Of a stretch of DNA of 64,000 nucleotides, positions 18,970-28,488 are shown piece by piece. The notes below the pieces were generated by a model, which did no database searches, had not been told where the DNA came from, and saw only the letters and a program-made list of their open reading frames with translations. Positions within the stretch are counted from its first letter, which is position 1, and each line of letters opens with the position of its first letter. The stretch spans positions 192,649-256,648 of the forward strand of contig MFNS01000001.1 of assembly GCA_001783805.1 (NCBI GenBank), given 5' to 3'. The translations under genes and the position numbers were made by a program. This stretch comes from Candidatus Levybacteria bacterium RIFCSPHIGHO2_01_FULL_40_16 (GTDB lineage Bacteria; Patescibacteriota; Microgenomatia; Levybacterales; UBA12049).

Positions 18970-19632
18970 TTATTCTAACTTCCTGCGAAGTCCCTCAACT
19001 ATTTCTTTAGCGCTATTTTGTCCGCCCAGTCCGAAAGCAATACCTCCTGCAATAGCCAACATTGCTACAAAACCTGTAAATAATATCCTGATCAAGTCTG
19101 TAGCAACACCCAACTGATTAAGCACTGCCAAGATTACGAATACATTTACCGCCCAGCGGGTAACAGATGCAATCCTATTGGCCGTATTTGAAGATATTCC
19201 TTTGACTGATGCCAAAATCAGGTTGTGAGCCAGACTTCCTAACACAAAGCCGACAACTGCAATGATGGCTGCAACAAAAACATTTGGGAGATAGAGTAAG
19301 AATTCATTAAGAATCGTTACAACTCTGGGAAGTCCCCAAATGTCTGCTGTTGGAAGTAAGAAAATAATAATTATAAACCATCTGACAATTTCGGCAAAGA
19401 TGTTCGACCAGGAAAACTCTTCATTTGCTTCGGGCACACCGTACTTCCTCAACAAAGCCTCCACCCTGAGAGCTTTGAAAATTCCTAAAACTATTTGCTT
19501 GAGAATGGAAGCAATGATGATACCGATAAGAAGAACTACCGTTCCGGCGATTAAGTTTGGCACAAAACTTCCTACCACTGCAACACCGTTATTCAGAGAA
19601 GCAAGGAGTGTTTGACCAATATCTTGTGTCAT
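18970..19632 (-). CDS. TM-helix repeat membrane protein (small-conductance mechanosensitive channel-like)
   Basis: FVPNLIAG/YLPNVFVA repeats and AIAGGIAFGLGG; strong SD AGGAGGTGA. Confidence 0.8.
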   Translation of the reverse strand: MTQDIGQTLLASLNNGVAVVGSFVPNLIAGTVVLLIGIIIASILKQIVLGIFKALRVEALLRKYGVPEANEEFSWSNIFAEIVRWFIIIIFLLPTADIWGLPRVVTILNEFLLYLPNVFVAAIIAVVGFVLGSLAHNLILASVKGISSNTANRIASVTRWAVNVFVILAVLNQLGVATDLIRILFTGFVAMLAIAGGIAFGLGGQNSAKEIVEGLRRKLE

Positions 19633-19757
19633 GTTTTATTTCACCTCCTTTTTACCCGCCGCTCAAGTGCCCTTTGCGACGTGTTCGAATAGAACTGAAA
19701 AGTCGCAAAGTAAACTTAGGCGGGCCTTTGATCTTATATTATGCAGTTTAACTTCCC

Positions 19758-19786
19758 TTGTCAAGAGATTAGAGTATTGTTATAAT
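19758..19786 (+). promoter_or_regulatory. sigma70 promoter of tRNA-Lys
   Basis: TTGTCA-17bp-TATAAT with TG extension. Confidence 0.65.
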
Positions 19787-19824
19787 TAGACATTGCACAG
19801 CATCCTTAATTCTGCTTTGCAGAA

Positions 19825-19896
19825 GGGTCGGTAGCTCAGTGGTAGAGCAGGAGCCTTTTAAGCTCTTGGTCCTGGGTTCGAATCCCAGCCGGCTCA
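19825..19896 (+). tRNA. tRNA-Lys(TTT)
   Basis: GGGTCGG...GAGC-CTTTTAA-GCTC...GGTTCGAATCC...CCGGCTCA. Confidence 0.95.
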
Positions 19897-19953
19897 CAAA
19901 GTTTTTAAGCAGAAAATCAGCTTCACAACTTGTCATTAAAATGACACACCCCG

Positions 19954-20403
19954 ATGCGATTCAAACCAGACGACCACTACTTGAAAATATTTCTTAATAA
20001 GTTATACTACGACATCATGATAGGAATAGAAATCAAAGGAAATATTAGGGATCAGTTTTGCCTAAAAAATGGTCATTGTGATCTGCAAAGACTATTTATA
20101 GATGGCCAGCAAAAAGATCAAGCAGAGGGAGGCATGTCATTGCAGGAAATAAAAGAACTTTGTTCTAAAGAGGGTTTAAAACCAAGCAATGATTACTATG
20201 GCTCTGCTATACCAAACGAGATGAGAAAAAAAATCAGTAATGTCATTTTCACTGCTGATTGTACCGCAGGAAAAATTAAAGGGACAAACTATACAAATTG
20301 TGGGAGCGTTTGCGCTTATTTAACGACATATGAACCAGAATCTAAGCTCGAAGAGCTTGCAGTTAAAGTGATAAAAGCTCAGTGGCTTCTAAATAATAGA
20401 TAA
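19954..20403 (+). CDS. hypothetical Cys-rich protein (start may be 20017)
   Basis: ORF in first cassette after tRNA-Lys. Confidence 0.5.
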   Translation: MRFKPDDHYLKIFLNKLYYDIMIGIEIKGNIRDQFCLKNGHCDLQRLFIDGQQKDQAEGGMSLQEIKELCSKEGLKPSNDYYGSAIPNEMRKKISNVIFTADCTAGKIKGTNYTNCGSVCAYLTTYEPESKLEELAVKVIKAQWLLNNR

Positions 20404-20584
20404 TCTTTTAAAGACATATTGTCTTAACTTCTGGTAAATCTTCAGATATTCATATAAAATTGGTTCGAAGGTCGGGATTTCGGTCTCACACAGTTTTTAA
20501 CATAAAACTAGCCTCTGAATGTGTTCAGAAAATGGAATACCCCGATGAGATTTGAACCATTTGTGCAGGTTAATAAATACAGGA

Positions 20585-21331
20585 CTATTTCTTAATACAA
20601 TCAAATATTATATATGAAGGGTAACTGCTCCTATCTTTATACCATTTTCTATCCAACCCCTTACTTATATCAAGCGGTCGAGGTTCGATTATCTTATCGA
20701 TCTGAAAATTGTTATTAACAATAGCAGAATAATAATCTTGTAATGTCCAGTGATATGCAATTGAACTTAGCTTTTTTCCATCTATATTCATCGTGAAATC
20801 ATAAGGCAGCCCACTTCTGAAATATTCAAAATCGCCAATTCTTAACTTATTTCTCATATAAAAATCAAAAGCCGGATGTGGTTCACTTATAATTAGTCTG
20901 CCTCCTTTATGTAATAAAAGTGCGCATTGTTTAATTACAGATTCAATATCTGCTTTACTTGATAAGTGAGGGAGAAGTAGGGAAATTACTATTAAATCAA
21001 GTACTTCATTTCTTATTGCTTCCATATTTCTTGCATCCATTACCTTGAAGTTTATAGATAATCCTAATTCTTTTGCTTTATTCTTACCGATATCAATTAA
21101 CTTAGAAGAGTAATCTATACCAGTGCATATTGCTCCCTTTTTTGCCAAAAATACTGTGATTGCACCATCTCCACAAGCAATATCTAATACTTTCTTCCCT
21201 TCTACATTTCCAATAATTTCAAAAAGTGCTGGATCTAATATATATTTCCTACCTTTAGTTCGTCCACCAGCATAATCCGAAGCTGTCTGATCCCAAAATT
21301 TTTGACCTTTCACATATACTTTATAACACAT
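20585..21331 (-). CDS. class I SAM-dependent methyltransferase
   Basis: VLDIACGDG, GIDYS and LHKGGRLII motifs. Confidence 0.9.
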   Translation of the reverse strand: MCYKVYVKGQKFWDQTASDYAGGRTKGRKYILDPALFEIIGNVEGKKVLDIACGDGAITVFLAKKGAICTGIDYSSKLIDIGKNKAKELGLSINFKVMDARNMEAIRNEVLDLIVISLLLPHLSSKADIESVIKQCALLLHKGGRLIISEPHPAFDFYMRNKLRIGDFEYFRSGLPYDFTMNIDGKKLSSIAYHWTLQDYYSAIVNNNFQIDKIIEPRPLDISKGLDRKWYKDRSSYPSYIIFDCIKK

Positions 21332-21463
21332 TTAATATTAATATTCGAATACAGCTTTAACATATTGCTGTAAGGAGTAGTAAATTTGTTGGTATTTTGA
21401 TAAAATTGGTTCGAAGGTCGGGATTTCGGGCTCACAAAATCTTAACAAAATTATCTTCGTAAT

Positions 21464-21754
21464 TTATTTATATTCCCTGTGCGTTCCAGTATGGGTTACT
21501 ATTGCAAATAGGATGATTCTCATTTTTCCTTCCGGATCAAAATCCCAAATAATTCGTAAGTCTCCGCTGATCCAACTACTCCATCGTTCCCCAAAGATTC
21601 TCGTATTGACTTTATGTGATTTAAGCGAAGGGTAAAAAGGTTTTCGCCTTAAGAAATTTAAGGCTTTTTTTGTCCTTTTCTCTTTTTCTTGATTTCCTTT
21701 TACTATTGCGTTATAAGTATGTTTAAAGGAGTCTAGGAAACGGAGGATATACAT
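21464..21754 (-). CDS. RelE/ParE-superfamily toxin
   Basis: Basic 96 aa; PFYPSLKSHKV...WSSWISGDLRII; downstream of small acidic partner gene. Confidence 0.7.
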   Translation of the reverse strand: MYILRFLDSFKHTYNAIVKGNQEKEKRTKKALNFLRRKPFYPSLKSHKVNTRIFGERWSSWISGDLRIIWDFDPEGKMRIILFAIVTHTGTHREYK

Positions 21755-21762
21755 ACAATCGT

Positions 21763-22020
21763 TTAAATAGTTCTAAGATAGTTATCAAGTTCTTCTTCAG
21801 TTTTGACGTCAGTATATTCTCCCTCTTTTATATTTTGAAGGCCTTTTGCAATCAATTTTTCCGTCGCCTCATCTACAAGTGGAATATTTACCTCTTTTAA
21901 ATATTTCTCAGCGAGAGATATCTTGATAATCTCAGCTTCAGACAATAAACGGTACTTGTTTCGTAGAAAAGCTAAAACACCTTCTAGTTCCGGTGTTTTG
22001 GTTAATCTAATTTGCGACAT
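21763..22020 (-). CDS. putative antitoxin
   Basis: Upstream of toxin; acidic C-terminus GLQNIKEG...EEELDNYL. Confidence 0.65.
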   Translation of the reverse strand: MSQIRLTKTPELEGVLAFLRNKYRLLSEAEIIKISLAEKYLKEVNIPLVDEATEKLIAKGLQNIKEGEYTDVKTEEELDNYLRTI

Positions 22021-22115
22021 ATAGTGCCTATATTACTACATAAAATACCCACAGTCAAGTAGTAATTACATATCGTTGAGAAATTCAAACCGGTTCGAAG
22101 TTCGGGATTTCGGTC

Positions 22116-22349
22116 TCACTGTTTTTTCTTATCCTTGTTGGTTTTTGTAACACAGATCCCCAGATGTCCCTTATCAACGATAACCGGACCGGAATGAGTT
22201 TTGAACCGCTCTCCTTCCCTTGCCTTTATCCCCACTTGATATGATAATCCTTTATATAATCCTATGTTTTCCTCTGGAATGACAAATCTATTATGATTCT
22301 TTCCATTTTTCCTTTTTTCAACCATAACGGACATAATATAATATTTCAC
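22116..22349 (-). CDS. hypothetical protein
   Basis: 77-aa ORF whose stop overlaps the third repeat. Confidence 0.4.
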   Translation of the reverse strand: MKYYIMSVMVEKRKNGKNHNRFVIPEENIGLYKGLSYQVGIKAREGERFKTHSGPVIVDKGHLGICVTKTNKDKKKQ

Positions 22350-22392
22350 AGAGTCTTGTCAATTCTTCCGAAATATTTTATAATTACATCTT

Positions 22393-22947
22393 ATGATTCC
22401 AGTCACGTCTTTAAGGCCGGGGATAACTTATGAGGAACACGGAGATATTTTTGAAGTTTTAACCTATAACAACATGCATCTTCGGAAAACCAGCTCCGTG
22501 GTACAGGTAAAAGTCAGAAGTTTGAGAAAAGGCTCAACTTTAGAAAAAACTTATGGGAGCAACGGACAGGTGGAGCCGGTCACAATCCAAAAAAAAGAAC
22601 TCCAATATCTGTACAAAGACAATGATTCCTGTTATTTTATGGACCCGCAAACTTTTGAACAGATTAGCGTTTTAACCAAGAATTTATACGGCAGCAATTA
22701 TTTAAAAGAAGGGGAGACAGTAATAATTAGCTTTAATAAGGAGGAGGCCTTGAGCATGGCGCTTCCCCCGAAAATGAAATTCCGGGTTACGGATACCAAT
22801 CCCGGCGTCAAAGGCAATTCCGCCACCAATGTTTATAAAGATGCTACTCTGGAAAACGGCTTAACTACCAAAGTTCCTTTGTTTATCGACATCGGAGACG
22901 AAATTATTGTTGACACCCGCGACGGCTCCTACACTGCCCGCGCATAA
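22393..22947 (+). CDS. efp: elongation factor P
   Basis: LQYLYKD, FMDPQTFEQ, PGVKGNSATNVYKDATLENG, VPLFI and VDTRDGSY motifs. Confidence 0.95.
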   Translation: MIPVTSLRPGITYEEHGDIFEVLTYNNMHLRKTSSVVQVKVRSLRKGSTLEKTYGSNGQVEPVTIQKKELQYLYKDNDSCYFMDPQTFEQISVLTKNLYGSNYLKEGETVIISFNKEEALSMALPPKMKFRVTDTNPGVKGNSATNVYKDATLENGLTTKVPLFIDIGDEIIVDTRDGSYTARA

Positions 22948-22959
22948 CAACTACTTATT

Positions 22960-23058
22960 AAATTCGAAGCACGAATATCGAAAATCGAAACACTTTTGAA
23001 AATTTGGATTTTGAGAATTATAATTTGTTTCGGATTTCGGATTTTGATATTCGGATTT
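22960..23058. repeat. inverted pair of degenerate heptamer arrays
   Basis: AAATTCG AAGCACG AATATCG AAAATCG AAACA ... TGTTTCG GATTTCG GATTTTG ATATTCG GATTT. Confidence 0.75.
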
Positions 23059-23118
23059 GCACCCCGTATGGTTGCTACATTATTTTTTTTTCAGTATAAT
23101 ATTAAATCGCTTTAAAGT

Positions 23119-26001
23119 ATGAATGACAAGATAATTATCAAAGGTGCCAGAGAACATAACCTCAAGAATATTGATTTGGAAATTCCCAAAAATAAATTAG
23201 TAGTATTCACCGGTTTATCGGGGTCAGGTAAATCTTCTTTGGCTTTTGACACAATTTATGCCGAAGGACAAAGACGTTATGTAGAAAGTCTGTCTTCTTA
23301 CGCCAGACAGTTTTTAGGTGTGATGAAAAAGCCGGACGTTGACCTGATTGAAGGGCTTTCTCCGGCAATTTCCATTGACCAAAAATCAGCCTCCCATAAT
23401 CCCAGATCAACAGTCGGCACAGTTACGGAAATTTACGACTACTTAAGACTGCTCTTTGCCCGAGTCGGACATCCGCATTGTCCGAAATGCGGCCGGGAAA
23501 TTACCCACCTGACACCTGAACAAATAATTAATGCAGTTTTTGCCTTAATCAATAATGAGGCTTCCAAAAGGATAAAAATATTAATTTTGGCACCGCTTGT
23601 CAAAGACAGAAAAGGCGAATACAAAGAACTTTTTGTTGATCTGAAAAAAAGAGGTTATAGGAAAGTCCGCATTGACAAGCAAATCTTCAGTCTTGAGGAA
23701 AACTTTATTTTAATCAAAACCAATAAACATACTATCGAAGTTATTATCGATGAGGTTGTTTTAACAAAGGACACGGACAGATTGAGGATTGCCGAAGATG
23801 TTGAAAAGGCGCTGAAACTCGGAAACAGTGAGCTAATTGTTTCAATAGTTAAGGATGCGGGATTCAATCTTCCTGCTAAGCCCAAAAAAATGCAGGACGA
23901 ACTCTTTTCGGAGAAATTCGCCTGTCCGGCATGTGGAATTTCGATGTCCGAAATTGAGCCGAGAATTTTCTCTTTTAACACTCCGCATGGCGCCTGTCCG
24001 ACTTGTAACGGATTGGGAACACTGTTAACGGTTGACAGAGACTTGGTCTTCAATAACAATCTTTCAATTAGCGAGGGCGGTATTTTGCCCTATTCAAACC
24101 TTTTTGAAAATGATACTTGGTTTTCCCGCACTTTAATCAAATTTTGCGAAGAAAATGATATTCCGATGAAAGAAAGGCTTCAGGAGGTTTCCGAAAAGAA
24201 AAAAGACCTTTTGCTTTTTGGAACAGGCGAAAAAATCTATGAAGTTGAGGGACAAAACCGTTGGGGGAGAGCGACGGAAATTCATGAACCTTTTCATGGG
24301 ATCCTCGGGGATTTGCGGGAAAAATATTTATCAACAGACTCGATGTTTCTCAAATCCCGGATTGAAAAATTTATGCGCTACGAAGTTTGTCCGGAATGCA
24401 ATGGCGCAAGACTGAAAAAAGAATCTCTATCGATAACTATTGGGAAAAAATCAATTATTGAAGTCTGTAATATGTCTATAGTTGACGCTTTTAAATTTAT
24501 AAAACAGCTCACTGAAATCTTGAGCTCCAGAGAAATTGAGATATCTAAGTTAATTCTTAAAGAAATAAAAGAAAGACTACTGTTTTTAGTTGATGTGGGT
24601 TTGGATTATCTAACTCTGTCGCGGGGAGCACAGACCTTGGCGGGAGGAGAGGCACAAAGGATCAGACTAGCCAGTCAAATAGGCAGCGGGTTGACCGGAG
24701 TTTTATATGTCTTAGACGAACCGTCAATCGGACTGCATCAGAAAGATAACAAAAAATTAATTGAGACGCTTAAGAAGCTCCGGGATCTGGGCAATACGGT
24801 TTTGGTAGTCGAACATGATCAGGAAACAATGAATGAGTCCGATTACATTGTTGATTTCGGTCCGGGCGCCGGCCTTGGCGGGGGACAAATTATTGCCAAA
24901 GGCAACATTTCCGAGATAAAAAAGGATCCCAATTCTATCACGGGTTTATATCTGTCAGGCAAAAGAAAAATAAACGTCGAAACAATGAAGCAATCCAGCA
25001 ATGAAACAATTAAGTATCTGTCAATTTTAGGCGCTAAGGAACATAATTTAAAAAATATTGATGTTAATTTCCCTCTGAATAAATTTATAGTAGTCACCGG
25101 AGTTTCCGGATCGGGAAAATCAACCTTAATCAACGATATTTTATATCATGCTTTAATGCAAATGCAAAATCCTTTCCACCGCGAGAAACCGGGAAAATTT
25201 CAAACCCTTAACGGATATCAAAATATTAAAAGGGTTTATATGATAGATCAATCACCAATCGGTAGGACTCCACGGAGTAATCCTGCCACTTACACAGGCG
25301 CATTTACCTACATCAGGGACATTTTCGCCAGAACAAAAGATGCGAAATTACGGGGTTATGGCCCGGGGAGATTTTCTTTCAATGTCAAAGGCGGACGTTG
25401 TGAGGCTTGCGAAGGGGAAGGGCAAATTAGAATTGAAATGCAATTTTTACCTGATGTTTATGTAACTTGTGAGGTTTGCAACGGTAAGCAATATAATAAA
25501 GAAGCTTTGGAAATTTTTTTGAACGGAAAAAATATTGCAGACATTTTAGCGATGAGCGTTAAAGAAGCTTTGCAGTTCTTTTCTTTTGTCCCGGTACTTT
25601 CCCACAAACTGCAGACTCTCAATGATGTTGGACTTTCTTACATTAAACTGGGCCAACCGGCTCCGACTTTATCGGGAGGAGAAGCGCAGAGAGTGAAATT
25701 ATCCGACGAATTGTCCAAAAAAGGACAAAATTGTTTGTATTTGCTGGATGAGCCAACCACCGGATTGCATTTTGCCGATTTGGAAAAATTATTAATTGTT
25801 TTGCGAAATCTGGTTAATAGGGGTAATACGGTGATTGTTATCGAACATAATCTGGATGTGGTTAAAAATGCGGATTATATTATTGACTTGGGACCTGATG
25901 GAGGAGAAAAAGGCGGGGAAATTGTCGCCTTTGGTACTCCCGAAGAAGTCGCCCGCAGCCCCCGCTCCTACACCGGAGCCTTCCTGAAAAAAATCCTCTA
26001 A
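23119..26001 (+). CDS. uvrA: excinuclease ABC subunit A
   Basis: GAREHNLKN, two Walker A motifs, Zn fingers and LSGGEAQR. Confidence 0.98.
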   Translation: MNDKIIIKGAREHNLKNIDLEIPKNKLVVFTGLSGSGKSSLAFDTIYAEGQRRYVESLSSYARQFLGVMKKPDVDLIEGLSPAISIDQKSASHNPRSTVGTVTEIYDYLRLLFARVGHPHCPKCGREITHLTPEQIINAVFALINNEASKRIKILILAPLVKDRKGEYKELFVDLKKRGYRKVRIDKQIFSLEENFILIKTNKHTIEVIIDEVVLTKDTDRLRIAEDVEKALKLGNSELIVSIVKDAGFNLPAKPKKMQDELFSEKFACPACGISMSEIEPRIFSFNTPHGACPTCNGLGTLLTVDRDLVFNNNLSISEGGILPYSNLFENDTWFSRTLIKFCEENDIPMKERLQEVSEKKKDLLLFGTGEKIYEVEGQNRWGRATEIHEPFHGILGDLREKYLSTDSMFLKSRIEKFMRYEVCPECNGARLKKESLSITIGKKSIIEVCNMSIVDAFKFIKQLTEILSSREIEISKLILKEIKERLLFLVDVGLDYLTLSRGAQTLAGGEAQRIRLASQIGSGLTGVLYVLDEPSIGLHQKDNKKLIETLKKLRDLGNTVLVVEHDQETMNESDYIVDFGPGAGLGGGQIIAKGNISEIKKDPNSITGLYLSGKRKINVETMKQSSNETIKYLSILGAKEHNLKNIDVNFPLNKFIVVTGVSGSGKSTLINDILYHALMQMQNPFHREKPGKFQTLNGYQNIKRVYMIDQSPIGRTPRSNPATYTGAFTYIRDIFARTKDAKLRGYGPGRFSFNVKGGRCEACEGEGQIRIEMQFLPDVYVTCEVCNGKQYNKEALEIFLNGKNIADILAMSVKEALQFFSFVPVLSHKLQTLNDVGLSYIKLGQPAPTLSGGEAQRVKLSDELSKKGQNCLYLLDEPTTGLHFADLEKLLIVLRNLVNRGNTVIVIEHNLDVVKNADYIIDLGPDGGEKGGEIVAFGTPEEVARSPRSYTGAFLKKIL

Positions 26002-26004
26002 CTC

Positions 26005-26553
26005 TCACTCATCTTTCGGCAATTTGTATTTTCCTTTTATTTCCTCAACAGTTCGCTTTAAGTCTTTAGAGTTAATTTTATGAAATTCATGTTTAATAAC
26101 AACAGCTGACGTAAGTTTAGCAGCATCTTCAATCTGCGGTACTGATAAGTTATATTTTTCATTTTCTGGAATAGTTCTATCGATAATAACTATATTCCTT
26201 TTATTTTGCATATGATGCTTGGTAGCTTTCTCCAATATTTCTGCTGACTTTTGTGCTACAGAAATAAACTCTTCATTGTCCCTATCTATCTTCTTCATCC
26301 ACTTGCCAATAAGGGGAATCTTCTTTAAAGAATCCCCTTCTGGCAGATCCATTACTCGTTTTATTTCATCCCTTCTTCCTTGAATATAATAAAGCGCAAA
26401 ATATTCACAAAAATGAGCCTCTTTATATGGATCAAAATCTAATATTCCGTCCATTTTAAATTGCTTAAAAATTTTTGCGGCATGAAATGACGCATTTAAG
26501 ACCATAACAGCTTCCTTACTAAGTTTTCCTACTGCTTGTTCAGTATCCTTCAT
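26005..26553 (-). CDS. hypothetical protein
   Basis: 182-aa ORF; no motif recognised. Confidence 0.55.
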   Translation of the reverse strand: MKDTEQAVGKLSKEAVMVLNASFHAAKIFKQFKMDGILDFDPYKEAHFCEYFALYYIQGRRDEIKRVMDLPEGDSLKKIPLIGKWMKKIDRDNEEFISVAQKSAEILEKATKHHMQNKRNIVIIDRTIPENEKYNLSVPQIEDAAKLTSAVVIKHEFHKINSKDLKRTVEEIKGKYKLPKDE

Positions 26554-26616
26554 ACATCCGGGATTATATCAAAACACTACCTGATTTACTATAAACTTGT
26601 GTTAGAATCAGAGAAG

Positions 26617-28488
26617 ATGAGAAAAGTTCTTGGATTGATCTTTGGTTTTATTTTTTGTTTAATTTTCTTTTTTACTCCTCAATCAGCTTTTGCAGATTCG
26701 AATTTTACCACAGATTACAACGTTACTTACAATGTACTGGAAAATGCGCTAACACACGTGACTTTTGATATCACGCTGACCAATAAAACCAGCCAATATT
26801 ATGCATCTTCCTACGGTGTTCAGGTTGGATTTAAAGATATTGAAAATGTTTTTGCCCGCGACGGCGGAGGAAAAATAACGCCTCAAATCTCAAAAAATAA
26901 TGACGAGAACAATATCGAAGTTACTTTTAATGACCGGGTTGTCGGACTAGGTAAAAACCTCTATTTTTCAATATCTTTTGACACCAAAGATATCGCGCAA
27001 AAATCCGGACAGATTTGGGACATAAATATTCCCGGGTTAGCCGAACAAAAAGCTTACAACTCTTTTAATGTTAAAGTTATCGTTCCTAGTTTCTTAGGAA
27101 GCCCTTCGTATATCAAGCCCGATAGCGGAAAACTTATCAATAATAATTTGATCTTTACGAAAGACGAACTTGGGGAATCGGGAATATCAATATCTTTTGG
27201 CAAAGAACAAATTTATAACTTTAATCTTTTGTATCATTTAAAAAATTCAAATTTATTTCCGATCAAAACAGAAATTGCGCTTCCTCCGTCAACCAATTAC
27301 CAAGATATTCAGATATCGAATATTGAACCAAGACCTCAAAATGTGACACGGGATATTGATGGTAACTGGCTTGCTCAATATATTCTAGCACCCGGCAAAA
27401 AAGTCGATATTAGCGTTGAGGGAGTTGCGAAAATAATGCTTAGTCCAAAAAAAGAAGCATTGTCGGACACCGAACTTAAGGAATATTTAAAATCGGAGCC
27501 CTATTGGGAGACTAACGATAAAGAAATAAAAGATTTGGCAAACCTGCTTAAAACTCCTTATGCTATTTACCGATATGTCGTAAATAATTTAAAATATGAT
27601 TTTGACAGAGTGCAGAATAACAAGCCTAGGGTTGGGGCATCCGAAGTGCTCAAGAATTCAACTTCTGCTGTTTGTCTTGAATTTACAGATCTATTTATTG
27701 CCATTGCCAGAGCCGCAAATATTCCGGCCAGGGAAGTAAACGGTTTTGCCTTTACTTCGAATACAAAAGAAAGACCGCTCTCCTTAGTTAAAGATATTTT
27801 GCATGCCTGGCCGGAATATTATGATTATGAATTGCAAACCTGGGTAATGATTGACCCGACCTGGAGCAATACTACCGGAGGCGTAGATTATTTTTACAAA
27901 CTGGATTTCGATCATTTTGCTTTCGTTATCAAAGGCATTAGCAGTACCTATCCTGTGCCGGCAGGCGGTTACAAAGTTTCCGAAAACGACAATTCCAAGG
28001 ATATCAATGTCGAATTTGGAGAAGAATTTGCACCGAAAATCCAAACTCTAACTTTAGGTTCGGACTTTAAGCCTAGTTATTTTTCGGGAGCAAGAGTGAA
28101 AGGGAATGTTTTAATTAGTAACACAGGATATGTTATGTCTTCTCCGCAAGAAGTTACAATCAATACGGATTTCCTGCTGCCTCTCTCTCAAAAAATATCC
28201 GTAGGTCCAATTCCTCCTTTTGGATATGTAAAAATTCCGGTCAGTTTCCAGAAGCCCTCGCTTTTGACAAACAAGTCAGACGTGATTAAAATAGCAATCA
28301 ATGAAAGCTACATTACCAAAGAAATTAAAATTTCTCCATTCGTTTTAAATATATGGACAATTTTAGGAGGGTTCACAATTGTTAGTATTGCAATCGGAAT
28401 ATCGTTTGTTATCTACGGAATCAGGCATTTACCTTTTTCTAGACAAAAAGGGAAAGATCCTTTACGTGGGCAAAGCGAAAAACCTTAA
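26617..28488 (+). CDS. transglutaminase-like domain protein with signal peptide and C-terminal TM anchor
   Basis: AVCLEFT, HAWPEYY and IDPTW triad motifs; likely start MRKV at 26617. Confidence 0.85.
   Translation: MRKVLGLIFGFIFCLIFFFTPQSAFADSNFTTDYNVTYNVLENALTHVTFDITLTNKTSQYYASSYGVQVGFKDIENVFARDGGGKITPQISKNNDENNIEVTFNDRVVGLGKNLYFSISFDTKDIAQKSGQIWDINIPGLAEQKAYNSFNVKVIVPSFLGSPSYIKPDSGKLINNNLIFTKDELGESGISISFGKEQIYNFNLLYHLKNSNLFPIKTEIALPPSTNYQDIQISNIEPRPQNVTRDIDGNWLAQYILAPGKKVDISVEGVAKIMLSPKKEALSDTELKEYLKSEPYWETNDKEIKDLANLLKTPYAIYRYVVNNLKYDFDRVQNNKPRVGASEVLKNSTSAVCLEFTDLFIAIARAANIPAREVNGFAFTSNTKERPLSLVKDILHAWPEYYDYELQTWVMIDPTWSNTTGGVDYFYKLDFDHFAFVIKGISSTYPVPAGGYKVSENDNSKDINVEFGEEFAPKIQTLTLGSDFKPSYFSGARVKGNVLISNTGYVMSSPQEVTINTDFLLPLSQKISVGPIPPFGYVKIPVSFQKPSLLTNKSDVIKIAINESYITKEIKISPFVLNIWTILGGFTIVSIAIGISFVIYGIRHLPFSRQKGKDPLRGQSEKP

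Larger units (their letters stand above)
20455..22119 (+). repeat. three dispersed direct repeats GGTTCGAAG(G/T)TCGGGATTTCGG(T/G)CTCAC resembling the tRNA-Lys 3' end
   Basis: Copies at about 20462-20490, 21407-21435 and 22091-22119. Confidence 0.85.

Noticed and set aside
20455-22119. CRISPR array
   Set aside because: The repeats are separated by 0.6-0.9 kb gene-containing segments and no cas genes are present.
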